Below, in pieces: positions 47,250-56,779 of a DNA stretch of 64,000 nt. Numbering within the stretch: position 1 is the stretch's first letter; every line of letters begins with the position of its first letter. The notes under the pieces are model-generated. The model did no database searches. It was not told where the DNA came from and saw only the letters and a list, made by a program, of their open reading frames with translations. Origin of the DNA: an uncultured archaeon (GTDB lineage: Archaea; Iainarchaeota; Iainarchaeia; Iainarchaeales; 1-14-0-10-31-34); the NCBI GenBank assembly GCA_964608675.1, contig CAZSOZ010000001.1, forward strand, positions 64,001 through 128,000. Reading direction: 5' to 3'. A program made the position numbers and the translations under genes.

Positions 47250-48973
47250 TTAATTTTAAAAATTTCTAATTCTTTATCATAAATTAATTCAGAACACTGG
47301 CCATTCACTAAACTTTCCCGCAAAACAGGACGAAAATTTCCCAAATAACGAGAATATCCTTCTTCAATATAAAAATGAAAATATACAACATAATCTATTT
47401 TATTTTCCTTCAAAAAATCACAGGGGTTTCCTTCAAAAGCAACATGCCAAGTATAATCATACAAAATTGCTTCTTCAAATCTTGACGATAATGCCCCTCC
47501 ATCAACAAACCACACAATTATATCTGAATTATCCTTAATTTTTTCTGTTCCTGCAAAAGAATGTTCATTTACAAAAGTAGCGTGGAATACCCCTAAAACA
47601 GGGATCACTGAAAATAAAAGCAACAAAATAAAAACAATAATAACAAAAAATGAAAGCAATTTGTTTTTTAATAAAAGAATTTTTTTCAGCTGAATCCCCG
47701 AAAAAATACAAATAAGAGAATAGATTGGAATAAAATATCTAGGAAAACCAGTTAAATTAGGTTGAGCGCCATTAATAAAAATTACAAACAAAAATAAAGA
47801 TGCAGAAATAAAAAATAACATCAAAAAATTAAGTTCTTTTTTATCCCTCCATAACAATCCAATAAAAAAAAGAAAAGGAATAAAAAAAAGATAATAATTG
47901 TGATAAAAAAAATGAAACAAAACATTAAAAACTGAAACAATATTTAAAAAAATTTTTGAAAATAAATCCTGAGAAATAAACTGTCCGTAACCCCCTACAC
48001 TAGAATCATCAAAATTTAGTTCAAAATGTAAAACAAAAAAAACACAAGAAACTAAGACAAAAAAAACTCCAAATGTTAACGCTGCTTTAAAATCTTTTTT
48101 ATAAAACAAAAATAATAATAATCCAATAAAAAAAATCGCTCCTGTAAATTTAGTTAAAAACATTAAACCTGAAAAAAAACCCGCCAGACTTATAAAAAAC
48201 AAATGTTTATTTTTAAAATAATTTAAGATAAAAAAAACAGATCCTAAAAAAAACAAGGACAAAAAATTTTCAACAGTAAAAAAAGAAATAAAAAAAAGCA
48301 CTAAAGGAGTTAAAGCATAAATAGCCATTGAAAAAAATTCTGGGTAGCCTATGCTTTTAACAATAAAAAAAATCAGAAATAAAGATAAAACTAATGAAAA
48401 AAAAGAAACAAACCAAAAAAAGTTTCCTTCCAAAAAATATTTAGTTACTCCAACAAAAGATTCAAATAATAAAGGAAATTGATTGCTTCTAACCTGATAA
48501 ATATTATGAGTTTCTTTAAAAAAAGTTTTTTTTCCATTATCTGCTATATCATTTATTATTGGCAAATGGTATGTTTCGTCGTCATGAACTAACGATTTAT
48601 TGACTTGAATAAAAAAAGCTGCTAAAACTAAGAAAAAAATCAAAAGAAACAAAATCAAAAATTCAAAGAAATGAAATTTTCCAGATTTAAAGCCTTTAAA
48701 TTTAATTTTTTTAAATGAATCAAAAAAGCATCTAATTTTATTTTTTTTAAAAACAAAAAAAACAATCAAAGCAAGCAAAGCATAAAAATAAATGAATTCT
48801 TTTAAAATACCAAAAAAAGAAACAACAACATAAAACAAAAAAGAAGTAATTGAAAGAGACAAAAAAACACTTAAAACAGCCTTCTCCAAGCCAGAAAAAT
48901 ACTTATCTGCAACCAAATAACCAGGAACAATCAAAACAACAATAAAAGCAATTAATTCAAACAAAAACATCAC
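47237..48973 (-). CDS. GT-C fold integral membrane glycosyltransferase (ArnT/PMT_2-like)
   Basis: Many TM helices, HDDETYHLP loop, LTKFTG, PRYFIP. Confidence 0.8.
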   Translation of the reverse strand: MMFLFELIAFIVVLIVPGYLVADKYFSGLEKAVLSVFLSLSITSFLFYVVVSFFGILKEFIYFYALLALIVFFVFKKNKIRCFFDSFKKIKFKGFKSGKFHFFEFLILFLLIFFLVLAAFFIQVNKSLVHDDETYHLPIINDIADNGKKTFFKETHNIYQVRSNQFPLLFESFVGVTKYFLEGNFFWFVSFFSLVLSLFLIFFIVKSIGYPEFFSMAIYALTPLVLFFISFFTVENFLSLFFLGSVFFILNYFKNKHLFFISLAGFFSGLMFLTKFTGAIFFIGLLLFLFYKKDFKAALTFGVFFVLVSCVFFVLHFELNFDDSSVGGYGQFISQDLFSKIFLNIVSVFNVLFHFFYHNYYLFFIPFLFFIGLLWRDKKELNFLMLFFISASLFLFVIFINGAQPNLTGFPRYFIPIYSLICIFSGIQLKKILLLKNKLLSFFVIIVFILLLLFSVIPVLGVFHATFVNEHSFAGTEKIKDNSDIIVWFVDGGALSSRFEEAILYDYTWHVAFEGNPCDFLKENKIDYVVYFHFYIEEGYSRYLGNFRPVLRESLVNGQCSELIYDKELEIFKINHAK

Positions 48974-49023
48974 TAGTTTTTTATTTAACTAATGTATAAT
49001 TATATCTGTTTAACTTAAAAATA

Positions 49024-49908
49024 ATGAGGGGAAAAAAAATAATTCTAATAACAATTCCTGCATTCAACGAAGAAAAAACAATTGCTTTAGTCATAAAAGA
49101 AGCAAAACAATACTTGAAAAACGAAAACTATAAAATTCTTGTTTTAGATGACGGAAGTAAAGATAAAACAGCTGAAACTGCATTAAAAGAAGGAGCAATA
49201 GTTGTATCTCATCCAAAGAATTTTGGTTTGGCTGAAACATTCAAAAGCGAAATGAAAGAGGCTGAAAAATTAAAGCCTGAAATGATTATTCATTTAGATG
49301 CAGATGCACAATATGATTTGAAGGAAATTCCTTTAATGATAAAAGAAATACGGAATGGAACTGATTTAGTTTTAGCCAGCAGATTCAAAGGAAAAATAGA
49401 AGAAATGCCCTCTTTAAAAAAATTTGGAAACAAGGCGTTTTCCAAAGTTATTTCAAATATTACCGGCCAAAAAATAACTGATGCACAAACAGGATTCAGG
49501 GCATTTAATTTAAAGACCGCAGAACTGGATGTCAGAGCAAACTACACTTATACTCAGGAACAGATTATCAGGGCAATAAAAGAAAAACTTGTTGTAAAAG
49601 AAATTCCCTGTGTTTTCAGGAAGAGGGAAGATGGAAAAAGCAGGTTAATGAAAAACCCTTTTGATTATGCATTAAAAGCATGGCTTAATTTGTTCAGGGT
49701 TTACAGGGATTACGCCCCATTAAAATTTTTTGGGTTAATTGGCGGAGGATTATTTGCATTAGGCTTTTTGTTTGGCTTGTGGCTGGTTTTCCTGCATTTG
49801 ACTTCAGGAATTGAAGGACACATTGCTTTAATGATTTTAACAATGATTTTGATTGTAACTGGATTACAGATTGTTTTGTTTGGTTTTCTGGCTGATATGA
49901 AAAAGTGA
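49024..49908 (+). CDS. GT2 polyprenol-phosphate glycosyltransferase (DPM synthase-like)
   Basis: IPAFNEE, DDGSKD, DADAQY, SRF, DAQTGFRA, two C-terminal TMs. Confidence 0.9.
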   Translation: MRGKKIILITIPAFNEEKTIALVIKEAKQYLKNENYKILVLDDGSKDKTAETALKEGAIVVSHPKNFGLAETFKSEMKEAEKLKPEMIIHLDADAQYDLKEIPLMIKEIRNGTDLVLASRFKGKIEEMPSLKKFGNKAFSKVISNITGQKITDAQTGFRAFNLKTAELDVRANYTYTQEQIIRAIKEKLVVKEIPCVFRKREDGKSRLMKNPFDYALKAWLNLFRVYRDYAPLKFFGLIGGGLFALGFLFGLWLVFLHLTSGIEGHIALMILTMILIVTGLQIVLFGFLADMKK

Positions 49909-49913
49909 ATTAA

Positions 49914-51026
49914 ATGAAGATAGTGTTAATTGGACCGACTTATCCTTATGCGGGGGGAATCTCTCATTTTAACACAATACTTGCAAAAGAACTGGAAAAA
50001 CGAAATGAAGTGAAAGTTTTTTCTTATTACAAAAGGTATCCTCACTTTTTGTATCCTGCAAAAGAACAAGAAGACAAAAAAAGTACAATGAAAATTGAAG
50101 TGCACGCTGAAAGAACTTTAAGCATGATTAACCCTTTTTCTTGGATTAATACTGCATTAAAAATAAGAAGATTTAATCCAGAAAAAATAGTTTTTCATTT
50201 TGTTACGCCTTTTACTTCAATAATGTTTTCAATAATGTCCTTTATTTCAAAATTCAAGAGAAAAACAAAAACGGTTTTAATTTGCCATAATTTAAAGCCA
50301 CATGAAAAAAGTTTTTTTGACAAAATATTGACAAAAATAATATTTTCCAATACAAATGAATTTATAACCCATTCAAATGAGGATTTTAACGAATTAAAAA
50401 AAAAGTTTAAAAACAGGAAAGTTGTAAAAGGATTTGCCCCGGCATTAAACTTTTTTAACTTTAAAACGTTTTCAAAAAATGAATCAAAAAAAATTCTTAA
50501 ATTAAATAAAAAAACAATTTTGTTTTTTGGTTATGTAAGAAAATATAAGGGATTAGATCTTTTACTGGATTCTTTGCCTTTTGTATTAAAACAAATTGAC
50601 TTAGAATTGGTTATTGCCGGCCAGTTCTGTAAAAATAAAAAGGTTTATTTGGAAAAAATTAAAGAACTTGAAATTGAAAAAAATGTTAAAATTTTTGATG
50701 AATACCTTCCAAATGAAAAAGTAGGTTTGTTTTTTTCTGCATCTGATGTTATATTGATGCCATACAAAAGCTTAAGCAACAGCGCAATACTCCAGATTGC
50801 ATTATCTTTTAATAAACCGGTTATTGGAACAAAAGTTGGGGCACTAAAAGAAGTCATAAAGAATAATATTAATGGTTTGTTCACAGAAAATTCAAAAGAA
50901 AGCATTGCAAAGGCAATAATAAAATTTTATGAAGAAAAAAAAGAAAAAGAATTTTCAGAGAACATGAAAAAAATTAAGGAAAATTTTTCTTGGGAAAAGT
51001 ATACAGGGTTGTTAGCAAATGAGTAA
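49914..51026 (+). CDS. Glycosyltransferase family 4
   Basis: YPYAGGISH, FFGYVRKYKGL, DVILMPYKS, PVIGTKVG. Confidence 0.9.
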   Translation: MKIVLIGPTYPYAGGISHFNTILAKELEKRNEVKVFSYYKRYPHFLYPAKEQEDKKSTMKIEVHAERTLSMINPFSWINTALKIRRFNPEKIVFHFVTPFTSIMFSIMSFISKFKRKTKTVLICHNLKPHEKSFFDKILTKIIFSNTNEFITHSNEDFNELKKKFKNRKVVKGFAPALNFFNFKTFSKNESKKILKLNKKTILFFGYVRKYKGLDLLLDSLPFVLKQIDLELVIAGQFCKNKKVYLEKIKELEIEKNVKIFDEYLPNEKVGLFFSASDVILMPYKSLSNSAILQIALSFNKPVIGTKVGALKEVIKNNINGLFTENSKESIAKAIIKFYEEKKEKEFSENMKKIKENFSWEKYTGLLANE

Positions 51027-51951
51027 ATTATTAAATCTGATAAAAAACCAAATATCCAACCCGATAAAAATAATTTTGTTAAAGAGAAAAAAGAAAAACG
51101 ACGGATATTATTATGCCGGAGTTCAGGGAAATAAGATGGCTCTTGATTTAAATGATAAGGGGTTATGCAGAGAAGTTGCATTAACAGGAGTTCATGAGCC
51201 AAAATCAACTGAATATATAAAAAAAATAGTTAAACCAGGAATGACTATTATTGACGTTGGAGCAAATATAGGGTATTATGCTTTAATCGAAGCAAAAGCC
51301 GGTGCAAAAGTTTTTGCCATTGAACCAAGTGAAAAGAATTTTGAGATGCTAAAAAAAAATATTGAAATAAATGAATTACAACAAAAAATAAGTGTTTCTA
51401 AACTGGCAATTTCAGATAAAGAAGGAGAAGAAAAATTTTATTTGGTCGGGGCATACAACAGAAACTCATTAATTCCTTCAGGGAATAACTCAATAAATGT
51501 AAAAACAATCAGTTTGGATTATTACTTCAAAAAAGAGAAAATCAAAAAAGCAGATTTAATCAGGATGGATATTGAAGGGGCTGAACTTAAAGCACTTAAT
51601 GGAATGAAAAACATTTTAAGTAAAAATCCCCCTAAACATTTATTTATTGAATTACACCCAGTTCAGCTTGCAGAAAATAACTGTTCAATCAAAAAAGTTA
51701 TTGAACTAATTTATTCATATGGATATACAATAAAAATAGCAATTTATGAGTCTGATCCAACTTCAATTAAATTTAGTTCAGTAAAAGAAATTTTCAACAA
51801 GGCATTAGCTTCAAAAGAATTTTTTAAGACAATTTTCACTGCAATTAGAAGCACAAAATTAGAAAAAAATTATTATAATAAAGAGGGTTTGGCAAATAAT
51901 CCTTTTTTTAATTCTAATGCAGTGGAAGTCTTTTTTGAGTTGGATAAATGA
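51019..51951 (+). CDS. FkbM-family SAM-dependent methyltransferase
   Basis: IDVGANIGYY, AIEP, RMDIEGAE, IELHP. Confidence 0.9.
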   Translation: MSKLLNLIKNQISNPIKIILLKRKKKNDGYYYAGVQGNKMALDLNDKGLCREVALTGVHEPKSTEYIKKIVKPGMTIIDVGANIGYYALIEAKAGAKVFAIEPSEKNFEMLKKNIEINELQQKISVSKLAISDKEGEEKFYLVGAYNRNSLIPSGNNSINVKTISLDYYFKKEKIKKADLIRMDIEGAELKALNGMKNILSKNPPKHLFIELHPVQLAENNCSIKKVIELIYSYGYTIKIAIYESDPTSIKFSSVKEIFNKALASKEFFKTIFTAIRSTKLEKNYYNKEGLANNPFFNSNAVEVFFELDK

Positions 51952-52847
51952 ACAAAAAAGAAATAGTTTTGAAAACCGCAGTAAGCATTCTGATTATAGT
52001 TCTAATAGTTTATTTTGTCGGGTTGGAAGAAATTAAGGACGGCATTACAAAAACAAAAATTGAATATTTACTTTTAGTATCAGGGTTCTTTCTTTTATCA
52101 ATGTTTATTACAACACTGGCAATATTGCCTTTAATAAAAACAAAAAATACCTACAAAATATTCAAATTCAGAACAATAAGCTGGTCTGCTGGATTGTTTC
52201 TCCCAAGCAAAATAGGGGAAATAGTATTTCCTTTAATGCTGAAAAAAGAAGGGATCGAAACAAAACAAGCAATTGCAATATTTTTTATAGACAGATTTGT
52301 TTCTTTTTCAATTATGGGAATAATTGCTTTTTTAGGGCTAATTAAATTTTTTGAAATTAAATTTAATTTTACATATTTAATTATATTTTTTATTGCTTTT
52401 CTGATTTTACTAATATCTAAAAACAAAATTAAAATAATTCAAAAAACTCAGCCATTAATCAAACAGACAGAAGACTACTTAAAAAGAGAAAAAAGAGCAA
52501 TTCTTATTAATTATGTTTTTTCTTTACTTAATTTTATTCTTATGTTTTTAGTTATAAAAACTCTTTTTCTTTCCTTAAATCAAGAAGTTAGCTTAATTGA
52601 TATCGCATTAATTTCTTGTATTACCTTAATAATAGGGGTTATTCCTTTCACAATTAATGGTTTAGGATTAAGACAAGGCGCAATGATTTTTTTATATTCT
52701 TTAGTCGGGGTTAAACCAGAATACACAATTTTAGTTGCATTTGTCTTTTTTGTTTGTTCTTATGGATTAGGAGCAATATTTTTGGCTTTATACTGGAGCG
52801 AATTCAGTTTTATTCTGAAAAGGAAAAGTGATAAAGAAAATGATTAA
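51948..52847 (+). CDS. Lysylphosphatidylglycerol synthase TM-domain (UPF0104, flippase-like) protein
   Basis: PSKIGE, IDR, IPFTINGLGLRQG motifs; multiple TMs. Confidence 0.82.
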   Translation: MNKKEIVLKTAVSILIIVLIVYFVGLEEIKDGITKTKIEYLLLVSGFFLLSMFITTLAILPLIKTKNTYKIFKFRTISWSAGLFLPSKIGEIVFPLMLKKEGIETKQAIAIFFIDRFVSFSIMGIIAFLGLIKFFEIKFNFTYLIIFFIAFLILLISKNKIKIIQKTQPLIKQTEDYLKREKRAILINYVFSLLNFILMFLVIKTLFLSLNQEVSLIDIALISCITLIIGVIPFTINGLGLRQGAMIFLYSLVGVKPEYTILVAFVFFVCSYGLGAIFLALYWSEFSFILKRKSDKEND

Positions 52848-53205
52848 AATAAAAGAAATTGTTTTGGAATCAATAATGCTTGCCTCAAAAAAAGTTTATC
52901 CAAACGAATTTATTTCAATGCTTGGAACAAACAAAAAAAAAGAAATAAATGAATTAGTAGTGTTTCCTGCAGTATTTGGAAAAAATTTTTCTTCAATCAG
53001 ATTTGATTTAATTCCGTTTGATTCAAGCATAATAGGAACAGTTCATTCACATCCAACTCCAAACAACAATCCATCCCAAGAAGACATAAAAGTTTTTGAA
53101 GCAACAGGAAAAATACACTTAATAATTAGTTGGCCGTTTAATTTAAATACAATAAAAGCATTCAATCAAAACGGAAAAGAAATAGGATTTGAGGTAATTA
53201 AATGA
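52840..53205 (+). CDS. JAMM/MPN+ metalloprotease
   Basis: YPNEF, GTVHSHP...PSQED. Confidence 0.9.
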   Translation: MIKIKEIVLESIMLASKKVYPNEFISMLGTNKKKEINELVVFPAVFGKNFSSIRFDLIPFDSSIIGTVHSHPTPNNNPSQEDIKVFEATGKIHLIISWPFNLNTIKAFNQNGKEIGFEVIK

Positions 53206-54698
53206 AAAGTCCTTTGGCATTAATTATAATGGATGGATGGGGATTAAGTAAAAAAAAAGAAGGAAATGCTATTTACTTGGCTGAACCAAAAAATTATCTG
53301 AAATACTGGAAAGAGTTTCCTCACACAAAATTAAAGTGTTCAGGAAAAAATGTTGGTTTGCCAAAAGGAAGCCAAGGCAATTCAGAAGTAGGGCATTTGC
53401 ATATAGGTGCAGGAAGAATTGTATTACAGCCCTTAATGATGATAAACCAAGCAATAAAAGACAAAAGCTTTTATGAAAATAAAGTTTTGGTTAAGGCAAT
53501 AAAAAAAGCAAAAAAAGAAAACAAAAAAGTTCATTTAATGGGATTGCTTTCAGACGAAGGAGTTCATGCAACAACAAAACATTTGTATGCTTTGCTGAAA
53601 ATGACAAAAAAAATGAATGCAAAAAAAGTTTTTGTTCATGCATTTTTAGACGGACGAGATGTACCGGAAAAAAGTGCAGAGAAATATTTAAAAGAGTTAG
53701 AAAAAAAAATTCAAGAAATTGGAGCAGGAAAAATTGCTTCAATGATTGGAAGATATTATGCAATGGACCGAGACAACAACTGGAACAGAACAAAAAAAGC
53801 AGTAGAGTTGTTGGTTAAAGGAAAAGGAATAAAAGAAAAAAATGCTTTAAAAGGAATTGAAAACTCATACAAAAGAGGAGATAAAACAGACTATTATGTT
53901 AAGCCCATAATTTTAAATGAAAAAGGTCTGATAGAAAAAGAAGACACAATTATATTCTTTAATTTCCGCTCAGACAGAAGCAGGCAATTAACAAGATGTT
54001 TTACTGAAAGAAAGTTTGGGGCGCCAAAAGTAAATTTTGTGTGTATGACAAAATACGACAAAAAAATTAAGGCTCCAACTGCATTTGAACAAACAAAAGT
54101 TAAAAACAATTTAGGAAAAGTTTTAGCAGAAAATGGATTAAAGCAGTTAAGAATAGCAGAAACAGAAAAATATGCTCATGTGACTTTCTTTTTTAACAGC
54201 CAAATAGAAAAACCAAACAAAAGAGAAGAAAGAATTATGGTTAATTCTCCTAAAGTACCTTCATATGACTTGAAACCGGAAATGAGTGCAATTGAAGTCA
54301 AAAAAAAAGTTTTAAAAGAAATAAAAAAAGACAAATTTGATATTATTATAATTAATTTTGCTAACCCTGATTTAGTTGGGCATTCAGGAAAAATAAATGC
54401 AGTGATAAAAGCAATAAAAACAGTTGATGAATGTGTAGGGGAAATAACTCAACTGATTTTAAAAAAAAATGGAAAAACATTAATTACAGCAGACCATGGA
54501 AATGCAGAACAAATGATTTACAAAAACAAAGAAGTATGTCCTGCACATACAACAAACAAAGTTCCGTTTATTCTGGTTTCAAAAAAAGAAAAAAAACTCA
54601 GAAAACAAGGAGAATTAATTGATATTGCTCCAACAATACTGAAAATACTTAAAATAAAAAAACCCAAAGAAATGACAGGAAAAAATTTAATCAAATAA
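53202..54698 (+). CDS. gpmI: 2,3-bisphosphoglycerate-independent phosphoglycerate mutase (bacterial GpmI type)
   Basis: MDGWG, GNSEVGH, GRYYAMDRD, NFRSDR, ETEKYAHVTFF, DLVGH, ADHGNAE. Confidence 0.96.
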   Translation: MKSPLALIIMDGWGLSKKKEGNAIYLAEPKNYLKYWKEFPHTKLKCSGKNVGLPKGSQGNSEVGHLHIGAGRIVLQPLMMINQAIKDKSFYENKVLVKAIKKAKKENKKVHLMGLLSDEGVHATTKHLYALLKMTKKMNAKKVFVHAFLDGRDVPEKSAEKYLKELEKKIQEIGAGKIASMIGRYYAMDRDNNWNRTKKAVELLVKGKGIKEKNALKGIENSYKRGDKTDYYVKPIILNEKGLIEKEDTIIFFNFRSDRSRQLTRCFTERKFGAPKVNFVCMTKYDKKIKAPTAFEQTKVKNNLGKVLAENGLKQLRIAETEKYAHVTFFFNSQIEKPNKREERIMVNSPKVPSYDLKPEMSAIEVKKKVLKEIKKDKFDIIIINFANPDLVGHSGKINAVIKAIKTVDECVGEITQLILKKNGKTLITADHGNAEQMIYKNKEVCPAHTTNKVPFILVSKKEKKLRKQGELIDIAPTILKILKIKKPKEMTGKNLIK

Positions 54699-54743
54699 TT
54701 AAATCCAAAAGACTTAAATATTCTTAAACTATATTTTTATTTG

Positions 54744-55196
54744 ATGCAAAAAGGACAAATAAGTCTGGATTTAATGTTTACAGTAATAGTAGTAATTCTG
54801 CTTGCACAAGTCTTTACAAGCTTTAGCCAAGAATTAATGCAAAGCGAAAGAACAACAGGAATAAGAGCCCAAGAACAAAATATTGCAAACGATTTAATTG
54901 AATTAATGAACCAAACAAAAATGTTTGACGAAAATCAGGACAGCAACTTTAATGTAAATTACAGGATTCCATTCATAATTGACCCCCAAAAAAGAGGAAA
55001 ACAAGACTGCAACGTAATAATTCACAGGAATTTAAATCCAAAAACATACATAAAAATAAGCTATCAAACAAACGACTTAAATGAAGTCACCGTGCAAAAA
55101 GACATAAACTTTAATTTTTTGGATACCAGTGAATTAAATTATTTATGCGGAGAAGTAATTCAAGCAGACAAACAAACATGGGGAGAAAAAACATGA
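54744..55196 (+). CDS. Pilin-like protein (class III signal peptide)
   Basis: MQKG|QISLDLMFTVIVVILL. Confidence 0.8.
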   Translation: MQKGQISLDLMFTVIVVILLAQVFTSFSQELMQSERTTGIRAQEQNIANDLIELMNQTKMFDENQDSNFNVNYRIPFIIDPQKRGKQDCNVIIHRNLNPKTYIKISYQTNDLNEVTVQKDINFNFLDTSELNYLCGEVIQADKQTWGEKT

Positions 55197-55852
55197 AAAA
55201 AGGACAAATAATTTCATTGGATTTCATTATATCATTAGTGTTAATTGTAATGGCAATAGGATTAGTACTGCAATTAAGTGAAATAGAAAACTATAATTTC
55301 AAAGACAAAAAATTAAAAGACGACGTGCAAATCATGGGAAAAACTGCCTCCAATCTTTTAGTTAACAGCCCAAAAACTGTATGCGAATTAGTTGATGCAA
55401 GAGACCAAAACAAAATAATTTCATACATAAGCAATTGTTTGCCGGACTTCAATTTTGCTGTGCCATACAATGAATGCGGAGGAAGTGCAACAGCATGCAA
55501 GACATGGGACAAATATGGAGCAAACCACAGGACATTCAAGCCAATATTAAAAGAATTCTTAGGGCTTCCGGAAGAATACTCGTGTTATATTAAAATAAAA
55601 GGAGGAAAAGTTAATCCAGATGAAAATGCAAGTTTGCTGTCAGACTGCGAGATTTCTCCTCCTGCCCTAGCAAAAAACGTTTATGCAATAGACTTGAATG
55701 TAATGATTCACAACAAAGTAAACGGTTCAAGCGGAAAAACATTAACTGTAGACAAAAACGAATTTGAATACTGCACAATTTACGGTTCTCATGAAGATTA
55801 CTGTCATATGTATCCTGCAGTAATAAAATTTATGGTGTGGAAAAATGAATAA
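55193..55852 (+). CDS. Pilin-like protein, Cys-rich head
   Basis: MKKG|QIISLDFIISLVLIVM; 8 Cys in head domain. Confidence 0.8.
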   Translation: MKKGQIISLDFIISLVLIVMAIGLVLQLSEIENYNFKDKKLKDDVQIMGKTASNLLVNSPKTVCELVDARDQNKIISYISNCLPDFNFAVPYNECGGSATACKTWDKYGANHRTFKPILKEFLGLPEEYSCYIKIKGGKVNPDENASLLSDCEISPPALAKNVYAIDLNVMIHNKVNGSSGKTLTVDKNEFEYCTIYGSHEDYCHMYPAVIKFMVWKNE

Positions 55853-56183
55853 AGGATTTATTTTCAGCACAGATGCAATGATTGCATTAGCAACAGTAAT
55901 GATTGCTTCATTAATACTTACTTTTCCTTATTCAATAGAAGAAGGAAGTGAAGCAAATCTTTCTTTTTTAAAACAAGAATTATCAGGACAAGCAATAGTA
56001 GCATACTATCAGGGAAAAACAGCGGAAGAAATAGGATTAAGAAGCAGTAATTCAGATTTCAATAATTTTGATTACGCAGAATGCTTTACTTTATACGACT
56101 ATAATTATGAATACAGCGAAATATACGGAAAAGGAAAATTAGAAGAAAAAAAATACTGCATGGGAAAAAGGAGTTTAAGATGA
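55845..56183 (+). CDS. Pilin-like protein (class III signal peptide)
   Basis: MNKG|FIFSTDAMIALATVMI. Confidence 0.78.
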   Translation: MNKGFIFSTDAMIALATVMIASLILTFPYSIEEGSEANLSFLKQELSGQAIVAYYQGKTAEEIGLRSSNSDFNNFDYAECFTLYDYNYEYSEIYGKGKLEEKKYCMGKRSLR

Positions 56184-56779
56184 AAGGATTTTACAGTGTA
56201 ATAATAGGATTAATAGTTTTGCTGATTTTATCTACAGCTTTATTCAGTGTAAGTTCGTTTAACAAAAGCCAGTCATTGATTCCTCAAAAAGAAAGCTTTA
56301 ATTATACAATAAAAGAATGGCAGAATGCAAGAAGAATGCTTGACAAAGCAACTTCAGATGCAATAATAGACACAGCGTTTTCAGCAGACTGCCTTACAAT
56401 AGATGCAGGAACCGCAGAAAAATTCAATGACGCAAACATTTTAGTTTACGACTACAATACAATTGCATCAATGAACGCAGACTGCATAATAAAAAATTTA
56501 AACAGCAGCACAATACTAATCCAAAAAACAGTCGACCATGCAGTTCATTCAGTCGGAGAAAGAAATGTTTTTGACATAAACATAGGAATGACATTAAAAT
56601 GCATGCATCAAATAGAAATAGGAATTGATTTAAACTCTCTTGCTTCATACGACAAAAACATTTTGTTTGAAAAAACAGTTGACGCAAACTTTAATTCTTC
56701 AACAAATGACTGCAATGTATTTGTAATAGACAAGCAGTCAGGATTAATGGATGTAAATTATTTTGTTTCAATGTCCTAA
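56180..56779 (+). CDS. Pilin-like protein (class III signal peptide-like)
   Basis: MKG|FYSVIIGLIVLLIL; Cys and sequon-containing head. Confidence 0.65.
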   Translation: MKGFYSVIIGLIVLLILSTALFSVSSFNKSQSLIPQKESFNYTIKEWQNARRMLDKATSDAIIDTAFSADCLTIDAGTAEKFNDANILVYDYNTIASMNADCIIKNLNSSTILIQKTVDHAVHSVGERNVFDINIGMTLKCMHQIEIGIDLNSLASYDKNILFEKTVDANFNSSTNDCNVFVIDKQSGLMDVNYFVSMS

